NCBI GenBank assembly: GCA_041483895.1
Contig: JBGPGO010000010.1
Span: forward strand, 32,001 to 96,000
Reading direction: 5' to 3'
Length of the DNA: 64,000 nt
Origin: Fimbriimonadia bacterium
Lineage (GTDB): Bacteria > Armatimonadota > Fimbriimonadia > Fimbriimonadales > JABRVX01
Under the pieces are notes generated by a model. The model made no database searches, was not told the DNA's origin, and saw nothing but the letters and a program-made list of their open reading frames with translations. A program made the translations under genes and the position numbers. Positions 50,947 to 60,284 of the stretch are shown piece after piece; within the stretch, counting starts at the first letter, position 1; every line of letters begins with the position of its first letter.

Positions 50947-53148
50947 ATGATTCGATGCCTGTCGATAGCCGCTGGGGCGCTCATGGTGGCCGCGGCCGTA
51001 CCCAATGGATTAAGCCTTGATGATGTCCTGGCAGCCAAGAGAGATCTGTGGGGTGAGGCTGCCATGCGGGAGGCGAACGGGCCGAGCTATCAGTTTTTCG
51101 CTCGACTCTTGCCTCCGTTGCGCTACGTCGATGCAAAGTTTCGGCACTACCCGATCATCCTGGGGATGCCGGGGGCGAAGCGCAAAGCCCGGTGGATCAG
51201 TGATGGCAGTGGTGTCAACTTGCCAGGCGAGTTATGGACGTGGCACGACCAAGGCCTGACTCCGGTTGCCTTCTCTGTCGGCAGCGCTGCCGAGCCGTTC
51301 GGGAAGGACTCCGCTCGCATCGTTGGTCCGAAATACGCTGACGGCTATCTGCCTATCGTCAACATCCGGTACCGGCATGGCGCGTCGGAATACCGGCAAG
51401 AAGCGTTCGCGGCAATTGGGGCAAGCAACGGTACCGTGGTCTATGTCTCGTTCTCTTTGGCAAACGGCAAGACGGGAGTCGTTCACGCCGACTTGCCGGG
51501 TCTGCATGTGGAGGGCCCTGTCTGGAAGGACGCGAAGGGAATCGTCCGCGCCTGGCACGGACCAGGCTGGCGATTGGAAGGATCACGTGCCACTGCGGAT
51601 GTCGCCGCCGGCGGGAAGGTCTGGCTGGCGGTTGCCGACGATCCGCCATCGATCCGATTGGGCGACTATGATGTGGAGCGCAAGAGATCCGATCGATTCT
51701 GGAAGGCTTGGATTTCGCGCGCCGCAACCATCGAGACGCCGGAAAAGTTGGTCAATGATGCCTATCGCGCCGTACTGTTGGGAACCCTCGCTCTCACGAT
51801 TGGCGATACGCTCTATTACAGCGCACTAAATTTGTACGAGCAGACGTTTGAGGCGGAATGTGGCGATGCCGTGCGCGCGATGGCTTTATTCGGTATTCCC
51901 GGCGACGGTCGTTTCGTCACCCCGATGCTACAGCGGCCGCACCAGCAAGGATTGGGTTTCCATGACACCGCCTTTAAGATGCAATTGCTCGCACACTACT
52001 ATTGGCTTTCGAAGGACAGCGCGTTTGTGCGAAAGGCGCTGGAACCGATGGTTGCGGAGGCTCGGGAAGGCATACGCGTTATCGAACCCGGCACTGGCCT
52101 CCTGCCGCGCGAGGCCTATTGTGGCGATATTTCGACACCGGTGTACTCGCTTAATTCCAACGCGAACTTCTGGCGGGGCCTCCGCGATCTGTCCGTTGTC
52201 TTGACGGAACTGGGCGACAAGAAGAACGCCGCGGAGCTGAAGGAAACTGCCGAGCGCATGCGGCGAGCTACGCTGATTGCGGTCGAGAAGAGCGTGCGGA
52301 AGGATGTAACGCCGCCATTCGTCCCAATCGCCCTGTTTGGGGAGGAGCAGCCGTCTGACAGGCTGACGGACACGAAGCTCGGCTCCTATTGGGATCTCAT
52401 GGCGCCATACGTTTTGGGTTCGGGCGTGTTTGGCGTCATCTCTCAGGAATCGCGTTGGATCCGCGAGACGCTGCAACAGCACGGCGGCCTTTGCATGGGA
52501 ATGGTGCGGTTCCACCAGCATTCCGGTTACTTCGCGAATGACGACGCAGTGGACGATCTGTACACCCTTCGCTACGTCCTGGACCTGCTCCAAGTCGACG
52601 AGCCGGATCGAGCTTTGGTCACTTTCTATGGGAAATTGGCGCAAGGCTTTACAAGAGATACGTTTATCGCCGGGGAAGGGACAGGATTACGGTCGCTGGG
52701 CCCGCATGGCCGCTCGATGTATTTACCTCCCAACGCAGCGGCAAACGCCCTCTTCTTACAGTGTCTGCGGTACCTGATGATTCAAGACTGGGATATGGAT
52801 GATGACGGCAAACCTGAGACGCTGCGATTGATGTTTGCCACTCCACGAACTTGGCTGTCGGATCGCAAGCGCGTTCGAATCGAGAGCGCGCCGACCGCTT
52901 TTGGAAAGGTGTCTGTCACGATGGTATCGGATTTGCGCCATCACAAAGTTGTAGCCGCCGTCGACCTGCCGGCCCGGTCGCCGCAACGAACATTGCTCCG
53001 TTTCCGAGTTCCGGATGGTCATAAAGTGGTATCGGCTCATGTCGGCGCCCGAAAGCTTCGACCGGATTCCAAAGGAACGGTGGACCTGAGCGGTATGAAG
53101 GGCCGCGTCAAGATTGTGGCGGATGTGCGGCCGACAAAAACCCACTGA
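50947..53148 (+). CDS. Secreted hypothetical protein, probable (alpha/alpha)6 glycoside hydrolase-like fold
   Basis: Signal peptide; helical core; C-terminal P..WL......AP T.FG.VS beta domain. Confidence 0.65.
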   Translation: MIRCLSIAAGALMVAAAVPNGLSLDDVLAAKRDLWGEAAMREANGPSYQFFARLLPPLRYVDAKFRHYPIILGMPGAKRKARWISDGSGVNLPGELWTWHDQGLTPVAFSVGSAAEPFGKDSARIVGPKYADGYLPIVNIRYRHGASEYRQEAFAAIGASNGTVVYVSFSLANGKTGVVHADLPGLHVEGPVWKDAKGIVRAWHGPGWRLEGSRATADVAAGGKVWLAVADDPPSIRLGDYDVERKRSDRFWKAWISRAATIETPEKLVNDAYRAVLLGTLALTIGDTLYYSALNLYEQTFEAECGDAVRAMALFGIPGDGRFVTPMLQRPHQQGLGFHDTAFKMQLLAHYYWLSKDSAFVRKALEPMVAEAREGIRVIEPGTGLLPREAYCGDISTPVYSLNSNANFWRGLRDLSVVLTELGDKKNAAELKETAERMRRATLIAVEKSVRKDVTPPFVPIALFGEEQPSDRLTDTKLGSYWDLMAPYVLGSGVFGVISQESRWIRETLQQHGGLCMGMVRFHQHSGYFANDDAVDDLYTLRYVLDLLQVDEPDRALVTFYGKLAQGFTRDTFIAGEGTGLRSLGPHGRSMYLPPNAAANALFLQCLRYLMIQDWDMDDDGKPETLRLMFATPRTWLSDRKRVRIESAPTAFGKVSVTMVSDLRHHKVVAAVDLPARSPQRTLLRFRVPDGHKVVSAHVGARKLRPDSKGTVDLSGMKGRVKIVADVRPTKTH

Positions 53149-53489
53149 CGATGCGATCGTCAAATCCTCCAAAACTCTTGCCAACCGGACATATCCGTGT
53201 TATTATGTATGGGATATTTGCGGTCGAGAATCCTCGGCCGGTTTCTGGTGAAGGGTCTTTGTCGATCCCACCAGTTTGAAGACTTTCTTAGAATTGGGGC
53301 ACCCGTGTCGTGTTTTAGTGATTTTGGATGGAGACTTCCTTGCAAAGCCTTGGCCAATTCCATCGGCGAGTTTCGTCGTCGACCGTCAACCGGCTTGTGC
53401 CACCTAAGAACCAATGGGACGCCATTCACGCAACGTGTGCTCGCTCTACGAAACTCGTATGCCGTTCCAATTGGAAGTGTTAGGACGGA

Positions 53490-54827
53490 ATGAGAACAAC
53501 CGCACTCATTCTTATCTTCACGGCCATTCCCCTTGCCGCATCGTCGCAGACGCAGTGGGTTCACGAGGTCTTGCTGCAAGGCGACATTGCGCTGTCGGGC
53601 GGCCAATTTGACTACGCTGTTAATAAAGATGGGATCCCGGTCTATTCATCGTCAAAGCCAGGCGGAGCATTATTTCACGCTTGGAGGTATCGGACGAACC
53701 TGGACGAGGCCTATCTTGGGCCTGGCACGGAGGGGTTCGCCACAGCGATCAATGATTTGGGCCATGCCGCATACCGCGCGCGCAACAGCGCTTCCTACCA
53801 TGTTATGGTGGAGGGGCACGACTACTTTACCGATGTGTTCGGCCAAAGTCGGGATCCAAACTTGGATCCTGGGGTCCGATATGTTGACAACAACGATAAG
53901 CCCTTTTGGTCCACCGAGCGGCAGGACAACTATCGCATCCGAGTGTTCCACGGTACGGATGAATTATCAGCGGGCTACGAGGTTGTGGATTTCAGTCCGG
54001 ACGACATGAACCGCAACGGCGATTCGGTTTGGGTGGCGAACGTGCGAACGAATCCCAACGATTCCTTTTCCTACGACCTGTTCCGAAACAACGTCGACTA
54101 TTCGAAGCAAATCCTGGGCTCGGGCAGCTACGGGTATAGCCCTAGAATCAATGATAATGGAGACGTCATCTGGTCCGGCGGATACAACGCAATCGGTGAC
54201 GATGATCTTTATCTCAATGGTCAGAACCTGACGACTGGTATGCCGAAGATCGATGGCGTGGTTCCCTATGGCATCAACAACAAGGGTGACTTCGTTTGGG
54301 TTGGATTTGAACACAGGCCATACAAACAGAAGGTTTACAAGAACATGACCGATATTTCGACGCCGATTTTCGGCGATGAGGCCTATAATGCTGGAGATCC
54401 CCATTTGTCGGACAATGGAGACGTTGTGTGGACCGCGGACAGCAAAAGCACGGGCCGCCGGCTGTTTCACAATGCCGATGACATCTCATCTTCCCTGCTC
54501 GGTACCAATACGCTTTCGACGTCTTTTACGATTAGAGGCATCGATCGCAATGGGAACGCCATGTGGTCCGGGTATGGAGCCCTCACCAGCGGCCTCCCCC
54601 ATGTCTACTCCGGACAGTTCGATCTGACGCGCGACGCGCTCGGCCCGAATTTTACCTGGGGAAACGCCGGCATCTTGGCCGGCGGCGACAACGGCAGTGT
54701 CTTGTGGGGGGCATGGGATAGTGTGAACGGAGGCCGTCTCTATCTATCGACTCCGGTCCCAGAGCCCGGCTGGATTGTTCCGCTCGGCATGGCGATTGGA
54801 ATTCTCATCCGGCGGCGGGCCAAATAG
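53490..54827 (+). CDS. PEP-CTERM surface protein with internal repeats (paralog 3)
   Basis: IN..G..W repeats; STPVPEP + TM helix + RRRAK; DPNL and HD/E.LL N-terminal similarity to paralog 1. Confidence 0.9.
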   Translation: MRTTALILIFTAIPLAASSQTQWVHEVLLQGDIALSGGQFDYAVNKDGIPVYSSSKPGGALFHAWRYRTNLDEAYLGPGTEGFATAINDLGHAAYRARNSASYHVMVEGHDYFTDVFGQSRDPNLDPGVRYVDNNDKPFWSTERQDNYRIRVFHGTDELSAGYEVVDFSPDDMNRNGDSVWVANVRTNPNDSFSYDLFRNNVDYSKQILGSGSYGYSPRINDNGDVIWSGGYNAIGDDDLYLNGQNLTTGMPKIDGVVPYGINNKGDFVWVGFEHRPYKQKVYKNMTDISTPIFGDEAYNAGDPHLSDNGDVVWTADSKSTGRRLFHNADDISSSLLGTNTLSTSFTIRGIDRNGNAMWSGYGALTSGLPHVYSGQFDLTRDALGPNFTWGNAGILAGGDNGSVLWGAWDSVNGGRLYLSTPVPEPGWIVPLGMAIGILIRRRAK

Positions 54828-54829
54828 AA

Positions 54830-54860
54830 TATGCTTTGACGTTGCGAAAGTCAAGGCATA
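54830..54860. terminator. Stem-loop between convergent genes
   Basis: tatgctttgac-gttgcgaaa-gtcaaggcata. Confidence 0.6.
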
Positions 54861-54869
54861 AGATTTCGG

Positions 54870-54891
54870 GCCGCCTGGAATGCAGCGTTAC
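54870..54891 (-). repeat. REP-like unit (family B) overlapping the rpmA stop codon
   Basis: gccgcctggaatgcagcgttac. Confidence 0.75.
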
Positions 54892-55145
54892 GCGGGGGAG
54901 GCGGTGATGGCGACGCGGCGGCGTTTTTTCGGCCCCTCGAACACCACATGGCCGGCGGCGAGGGCGAACAGCGTGTCGTCCCGGCCGATGCCGACGTTCG
55001 TGCCCGGAAACAGCTTCGTTCCGCGCTGGCGCACCAGTATCTCGCCCGCCTTGACGACCTGACCGTCGAATCGCTTCACGCCCAGCATCTTCGGATTGCT
55101 GTCGCGTCCGTTTCTTGAACTCCCAACGCCTTTTTTATGTGCCAT
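54888..55145 (-). CDS. rpmA: 50S ribosomal protein L27
   Basis: [16 protein letters not shown]...RQRGT. Confidence 0.99.
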   Translation of the reverse strand: MAHKKGVGSSRNGRDSNPKMLGVKRFDGQVVKAGEILVRQRGTKLFPGTNVGIGRDDTLFALAAGHVVFEGPKKRRRVAITASPA

Positions 55146-55165
55146 ATCAAATCCTCCGCCCCTTC

Positions 55166-55285
55166 ACCTTCACAGTGCGACTGTGAAGGTATGAAAAAAA
55201 CACCTTATCCCTTCACAGTCGCACTGTGAAGGGGCCGACATAATGCCATATCCCCACGCAGCCGTACTGTGAAGGGGCCGACTAC
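55166..55285. repeat. Three family-C hairpin repeats between rplU and rpmA
   Basis: ccttcacagt..cactgtgaagg units; the last ends in ggggccgactac and overlaps the rplU TAG. Confidence 0.8.
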
Positions 55286-55593
55286 CCCGCTATCTCCGTG
55301 ACCTTGATGTGGGTCTGCTCTTGCCGATGGCCGTAGTGGTGGCGCTCCCGCTTCTTCGCCTTGTACGTGAAGCCCACAATCTTCGGCCCGCGGTCCTGCC
55401 TCAAAATCGTGCCCTTGACAATCGCGCCCGGAACCACCGGCGTGCCGACCTTCACACCCTTGTCCGTCCGAACAAGCAGGACCTCGCCGACCTCGATCTC
55501 CGTGCCCGGCTCGCCCTCGATCTTCTCAACAACCAGCGTGCCGTCCGGCACCGCCTTATACTGTTTTCCGCCCGTTCTGACTATCGCGTACAT
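55282..55593 (-). CDS. rplU: 50S ribosomal protein L21
   Basis: MYAIVRTGGKQYK...GHRQ. Confidence 0.98.
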   Translation of the reverse strand: MYAIVRTGGKQYKAVPDGTLVVEKIEGEPGTEIEVGEVLLVRTDKGVKVGTPVVPGAIVKGTILRQDRGPKIVGFTYKAKKRERHHYGHRQEQTHIKVTEIAG

Positions 55594-55600
55594 TCTGAAA

Positions 55601-55680
55601 ACCCCCACCCTAGCCCTCCCCCGCAAGCGGGGGAGGGGATCAAATTCGGCTCGCCCCACCCCATAACCGGGGGAGGGGAT
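55601..55680. repeat. Family-A palindromes upstream of rplU
   Basis: accctagccctcccc-cgcaagcg-ggggagggga plus a degenerate second unit. Confidence 0.7.
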
Positions 55681-55732
55681 TCGAAATCCTACGCCCGCTT
55701 GGAAAGAGACAGGGCTGCCATTATGACAAAAA

Positions 55733-57928
55733 CTAGCCGGTGTTTGCTACCGGTTCCGGTCGGGCCGGGGCAATAAGAGCGCCAATCTCGATGGGAATCA
55801 CCTCGCCCGAGGCCGCTCCGGCCATGATGCCGAAGGTGGACAGGGACAGCGCCGCCAAGTCTTCGAGCGAAACCGGCATCTTTGCGCCCGTCTTCACCAG
55901 CTGGGCAAATAAGGCCATTTCCGCTTTATGACCCTTGTCCTGACCCGCCGCCTTGATCTCTTTCTCCTTGCCGCCGGAATAGAGGTGCAATGACCGGAAA
56001 TCGTCCAAGACGGCGCCCTTGCCGTCGCCGAAAACCTCCAGCCGCTCCTTGGGCAGCTTGGGATCGCATGTTGTAACGTAGGTCAGGGTCCCAACGCTTC
56101 CATCGGAGAAAGTGATCACCCCATGCGCCGTATCCGGTTCATGTCCCCCGGTCGGCGCCGCCCCGGACACAGAGATGGGCCGCGAGCCGGCAAGCGCCAT
56201 CATCATATCAACAAAGTGGCAGCCCTCGCTTATCACGCGGCTGCCGCCCTCCTCCGTGGCGCGCATCCAATGCTTTTCATCCAGCGGCCCGGCGTTCACC
56301 CGGTAGTTCATCATCAGCGGCCCGCTCCGGTGGCTAAAGAAGCCGGCAATCTCCTTCACCATGGGCGAGAACCGGCGATTGTGCCCGACAAAGATGAACC
56401 CGCCCGTCTGTTGATAGGTCTGGACCACCTCTGCCAACTGCTCCTCGTTCAACGCGAGCGGCTTTTCGACAAAGACCGCCTTCCCCGCCCGCAGCGCGTC
56501 ACAGACCAGATGGGCGTGGGAGTTGTGGCGGGTGGCGATCAGAACCGCGTTGATGTCCCGGTCTTCAAAAATGTCCTTCGCGGAACTCGCCGCGTACCGG
56601 AACCCGAACCGATCGGCGGCCCCTTTGGCTGTCACACCCCGCACGCTGGCCACCCCGACCATCTCGACCTCGGGGACCCCTTTCAGGTGCGGAAGGAGGG
56701 TGCCGGTGCAGAAGTTGCCCACGCCGATGACCCCCATTCGCACACTGCCCGGATGCTTGGCCGCCTCCTGGTGTACGGGAACGGTGCGAGAAAACTGGGT
56801 TCGGCCCTCGTACTTCAGAAGCACACCAAGCGTGGACGCCGCGTCGGGCCCCATCAGCAGGCTGTAGGCGGAAAGGGCGTCGTCGAAATCGAAAACGTTG
56901 GTGGTGATGCCCTTGACATTGACCAAGCCCGCTGCGACCAGCCGCAGGAACTCCCGCATGTTCTCCCGCTCGGTCCACCGCACGTAGCCGATCGGATAGT
57001 CGATGCCACCTTCTTCGTACAGCGGATCGTATCGGCCCGGGCCGTACGAACGAGAGGTGGTGAGGCTCAATTCTTTCTCGTAATAGGTGCGGCGCGGCAG
57101 GTCGGTTTTCACCATCCCAACGACGACCACGTGCCCCCGGTCGCGGCAGACCTCACCGGCAAGCTCCACTGGGTCATTGTTCTGCTCGCCCCCGGCGGTG
57201 ATGATGACCGCATCAACCCCGGCGCCTCGTGTGAACGCCTCGGTCGTTGCCTCGATGTCTTCATTGCGCAGCAGGGCCATGTCGCAGCCGAGTTTTCGGG
57301 CCGCATCGACACGGCTGGGGGCGACATCGACGCCGATCACCTTGCATCCCGAAGCCTTGAGAAGCTGCACGGTTATGATTCCCAGCAGCCCCAGCCCAAT
57401 CACCATCACATAGTCCCCGAGTTGTGCCTTCGACTGCCGAACGCCATGAAGGGCGATCGCGCCGACCGTCGTGAAAGCGGCGTCGGCCAAGTCCACGCCT
57501 TCGGGCACCGGCACGCAAAGATTGTTGGGGACGGAGATCAGCTCCGCATGGTGAGCATATTCGGCGCCGGCGCAGGCCACTCGATCACCGACTCGGATGT
57601 CTGGTATGTCCACACCGACCTCGACTACGATACCGGCTGTGCTGTAGCCGAGCGGGGTGGGCTGGTCGAGCCGGGCAATCACCTTGCGATAGGTCGTTCC
57701 CAAGCCCTCGACCTGAACTGAGCGAAGCACTTTCTTGAGCTGGTCGGGCCGGGCGCGGGCCTTGCCCAGATAGCTCATTTTCGCCTGTTCCACCTTTTGC
57801 CGCTCGGTACCGGCGCTGATCAGGGAATAATGGTTGGCGACGAGGAGGCCGCCGGATCGGCACTGGGGCGGCGGGACCTCGGCCACCTCCATCTTGCCGG
57901 TCTTGTAATTCTGTAATAGCTGCTTCAT
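55733..57928 (-). CDS. Bi-domain oxidoreductase (Zn-ADH-like + Gfo/Idh/MocA), polysaccharide-biosynthesis type
   Basis: SLISAGTE, PLGYS.AG, SYGPGRYDP.YEE.G.DYP.GYVRWTE and VFVEKP motifs. Confidence 0.92.
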   Translation of the reverse strand: MKQLLQNYKTGKMEVAEVPPPQCRSGGLLVANHYSLISAGTERQKVEQAKMSYLGKARARPDQLKKVLRSVQVEGLGTTYRKVIARLDQPTPLGYSTAGIVVEVGVDIPDIRVGDRVACAGAEYAHHAELISVPNNLCVPVPEGVDLADAAFTTVGAIALHGVRQSKAQLGDYVMVIGLGLLGIITVQLLKASGCKVIGVDVAPSRVDAARKLGCDMALLRNEDIEATTEAFTRGAGVDAVIITAGGEQNNDPVELAGEVCRDRGHVVVVGMVKTDLPRRTYYEKELSLTTSRSYGPGRYDPLYEEGGIDYPIGYVRWTERENMREFLRLVAAGLVNVKGITTNVFDFDDALSAYSLLMGPDAASTLGVLLKYEGRTQFSRTVPVHQEAAKHPGSVRMGVIGVGNFCTGTLLPHLKGVPEVEMVGVASVRGVTAKGAADRFGFRYAASSAKDIFEDRDINAVLIATRHNSHAHLVCDALRAGKAVFVEKPLALNEEQLAEVVQTYQQTGGFIFVGHNRRFSPMVKEIAGFFSHRSGPLMMNYRVNAGPLDEKHWMRATEEGGSRVISEGCHFVDMMMALAGSRPISVSGAAPTGGHEPDTAHGVITFSDGSVGTLTYVTTCDPKLPKERLEVFGDGKGAVLDDFRSLHLYSGGKEKEIKAAGQDKGHKAEMALFAQLVKTGAKMPVSLEDLAALSLSTFGIMAGAASGEVIPIEIGALIAPARPEPVANTG

Positions 57929-58040
57929 CTTCTGCTCCCTGATCGGCCAATTTGAACTGTTTTTGGGGAGATTACCTGAGAGGACCCCGCTCGAACCTAA
58001 TTATCGGCACCCCGGTAGCCGCTCGTAGCCCAGCCGCGCC

Positions 58041-58163
58041 GTAGCCGTGGGTCGGATTGCCGTCAGGTAACGCTTGATGACAACCAAGACCCACGCGGCA
58101 ACCTCCTGCGTGGGTCTTGGTCTGTCGTTGGAGAAGACGGCTGCCGATCCGACCCACGGCTAC
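58041..58163. repeat. Nested inverted-repeat element (REPIN/MITE-like)
   Basis: Outer gtagccgtgggtcggat / atccgacccacggctac; inner accaagacccacgc / gcgtgggtcttggt. Confidence 0.8.
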
Positions 58164-58185
58164 CGGGAAATTGCGAACGCGATCG

Positions 58186-59283
58186 TCAACCGAAAGGACC
58201 GACCGCAAACTCGATGGCCTTCCGGTAATCCTCCCGGATCCGGTCCCAGTTGCAGATCTCCTCCGCGACCCGGCGGGCATTAGCGCCCATCTGCGCTAGG
58301 CAGTCATCGCCGGCGGCAACGACCCGATCGAAGGCGGACCGGAGGCCCGCCGGGGTCGGATCGGCCACCCAGCCGCACTCGTACTGCCGGACGAAGCTCG
58401 CCATCTCGTCCACGTCGGTCAGCAGCAGCGGACGGCCCAGAGCCGCATATTCGCCAAACTTCGTCGGCATCGCGACACGCACGGCTGGATGGGACTTTCG
58501 GGGGATAACGAGCGCATGGCATTCCCGCAGCAGCTCGATCATATTCTCCCGCGGCATCGCGTCATGCAGGTCCGCCCGATCACCCAATTGCGAAGCAAAC
58601 TGAGCCTTGAGCGCGGCGTCAGCAGGCTGAAATCCGATTACCCGCAGCTTCAGGCCACCATGCCATCCGGCAAACGCGTCGAGGAGCATCGGCAAACCCT
58701 GCCAGACCTGCGTGGCCCCGGCGTATCCGATGATGGGCAGCTTTGCCGTCGGTACCCGCGTCGGGCTGAACAGGCTGAGGTCCACGCCGTTGCGCACCAG
58801 GAAGATGCGCTCCGGTGGAACGCCGGCCTTCAAATACAGTTCCCGCAGCGGATTGGAGACCACCAAGAGCGCCGCCGCGCCGCGCCGGGCCACGCGGTCC
58901 GCAACCGGCATCGTCCACATGTCAATCAGCGCGCTTCGGCTGTGATGCGCTTCCCAAAACAGACGCGCCTCCGCCGGAACGTCCCCATGCACGTCGAAAA
59001 TGACCGGCACCCGCCCGCCGACGGCCCGGATCGCCGCGGCAGCGGGCGTGCAGTTCGCGGCATGAATCACATCCGCGGCCAACAGCTCGTCGCGAAAAAA
59101 CCGGCCGTTGAAGGAGCGCCGGAAACTGGGGCGGGTCGCTCCCCGGTCCTGCAGGTACAAAAGGCTCGTTTCGTGCCCGTCTTCCCGGAGACCTTCCAAC
59201 AGACTGATCACCCGATGGGTGTAAGCGTCGCCAGGGTTTTGCGAAGAAGTGTCCAACAACCCGACGACTTTTAGGCGGCGCAT
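58186..59283 (-). CDS. Glycosyltransferase family 4
   Basis: IFDVHG, VVS..L, NGVDL..F and PTKFGEY.A.G.P motifs. Confidence 0.9.
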   Translation of the reverse strand: MRRLKVVGLLDTSSQNPGDAYTHRVISLLEGLREDGHETSLLYLQDRGATRPSFRRSFNGRFFRDELLAADVIHAANCTPAAAAIRAVGGRVPVIFDVHGDVPAEARLFWEAHHSRSALIDMWTMPVADRVARRGAAALLVVSNPLRELYLKAGVPPERIFLVRNGVDLSLFSPTRVPTAKLPIIGYAGATQVWQGLPMLLDAFAGWHGGLKLRVIGFQPADAALKAQFASQLGDRADLHDAMPRENMIELLRECHALVIPRKSHPAVRVAMPTKFGEYAALGRPLLLTDVDEMASFVRQYECGWVADPTPAGLRSAFDRVVAAGDDCLAQMGANARRVAEEICNWDRIREDYRKAIEFAVGPFG

Positions 59284-59296
59284 ACCCCTATTTTGG

Positions 59297-60109
59297 CTAG
59301 GCAGCCGGCACGGGCGAGCCGTTGGCGTACACCAACGGGTACATCTCGCCGGTCAGCCGCTCGCCAATTGCCACTGTCGTGTGCTTCTTCATGGGATGCT
59401 CCGTCTTGGCCGTGTACCGGCAGTCCCCGCTCATATAGTGCGCGATCACTGCGCTCCGCGCCTTGTCCGTTTGGTTGATCGAGGTTCCGTGGAATGTGAG
59501 CGAGTGGTGAAAAGTGCAATACCCCGCTTTGGTGGGGCAGGCAACGACCTCGATCTTCTCTCCTTCCGGAACTTGTGCCACCTCGAGCAGCTTGGACATG
59601 TCGCCGCCCAGATCGATGAACTCAAACAGGCCCCATTTGTGGCTGCGCGGCACAAACATCATGCAGCCGTTCTGCTCCGTCGCGTCGGTGAGCGGGATCC
59701 AACAGGTCAGCATGTCGGGCCGGTCCACCATCTGCCAATACATCCAGTCCTGATGCCAGGGAACCACCTTCCCGCCGCCCGGCGGCTTGATCAGCACCTG
59801 ATCGTGCCATAACCGGACCTCATCGGTTCCGAGCAACTGGGCGACGGCTGTGGTGATGGCCGGATTGTGAATGTGGCGTCTGAACACCGGATCCGCGCAC
59901 CAGGCATTGACCGTCTGATTGACCGCCTTTGTATCCGAATCGTCTTTCTGGCCGAGGCCTACGATGTATTCCGGCTTTCCTTCGGACTCCCCTCGCAGCA
60001 CCCGATCCAGGGCGGCTCGAAGCTCGACGAGCTGATCGTCGCTCAAAATTCGCGGCCCTTGTAAATAGCCGTTCTCGTGGAAAAACTCGACCTGCTCGGA
60101 TGTTAGCAT
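59297..60109 (-). CDS. PhyH-family Fe/2OG dioxygenase
   Basis: PWHQD, WIPL.DAT..NGCM and TFHG...N motifs. Confidence 0.92.
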   Translation of the reverse strand: MLTSEQVEFFHENGYLQGPRILSDDQLVELRAALDRVLRGESEGKPEYIVGLGQKDDSDTKAVNQTVNAWCADPVFRRHIHNPAITTAVAQLLGTDEVRLWHDQVLIKPPGGGKVVPWHQDWMYWQMVDRPDMLTCWIPLTDATEQNGCMMFVPRSHKWGLFEFIDLGGDMSKLLEVAQVPEGEKIEVVACPTKAGYCTFHHSLTFHGTSINQTDKARSAVIAHYMSGDCRYTAKTEHPMKKHTTVAIGERLTGEMYPLVYANGSPVPAA

Positions 60110-60284
60110 CGGCGCAAACTCCCCGTGAAGCGAATATCGGAACGATACCCTACCCGATCGCGACTTTCCGCCGTGATCGGCTGCCCCTCCAAGATTTGCG
60201 GGTTTTCATCGTAAGAAAATAGTACACGATATTCTGGGGACGAGGTAGGTAAGATCGAAAAAACTCAATATGGGAGGCGTGGCA

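Noticed and set aside
53160..53480. Minus-strand peptide WWDRQ...KYPIHNN faintly like a RAYT transposase remnant
   Set aside because: Similarity is too weak and there is no HUH motif.
54662..54682. aacgccggcatcttggccggc in the third PEP-CTERM gene, resembling a family-B repeat
   Set aside because: Imperfect single match with no evident length insertion relative to the paralogs; may be chance.
54888..55593. rplU-rpmA without an intervening prp (ysxB) gene
   Set aside because: L27 starts MAHKK with no N-terminal extension, so this is the normal Prp-independent arrangement.
56123..57721. Long antisense or alternate-frame ORFs (e.g. 56123..57721, 49581..50714, 40907..42064, 20111..21049)
   Set aside because: Shadow ORFs expected in GC-rich coding DNA; they overlap well-supported genes and have no motifs.
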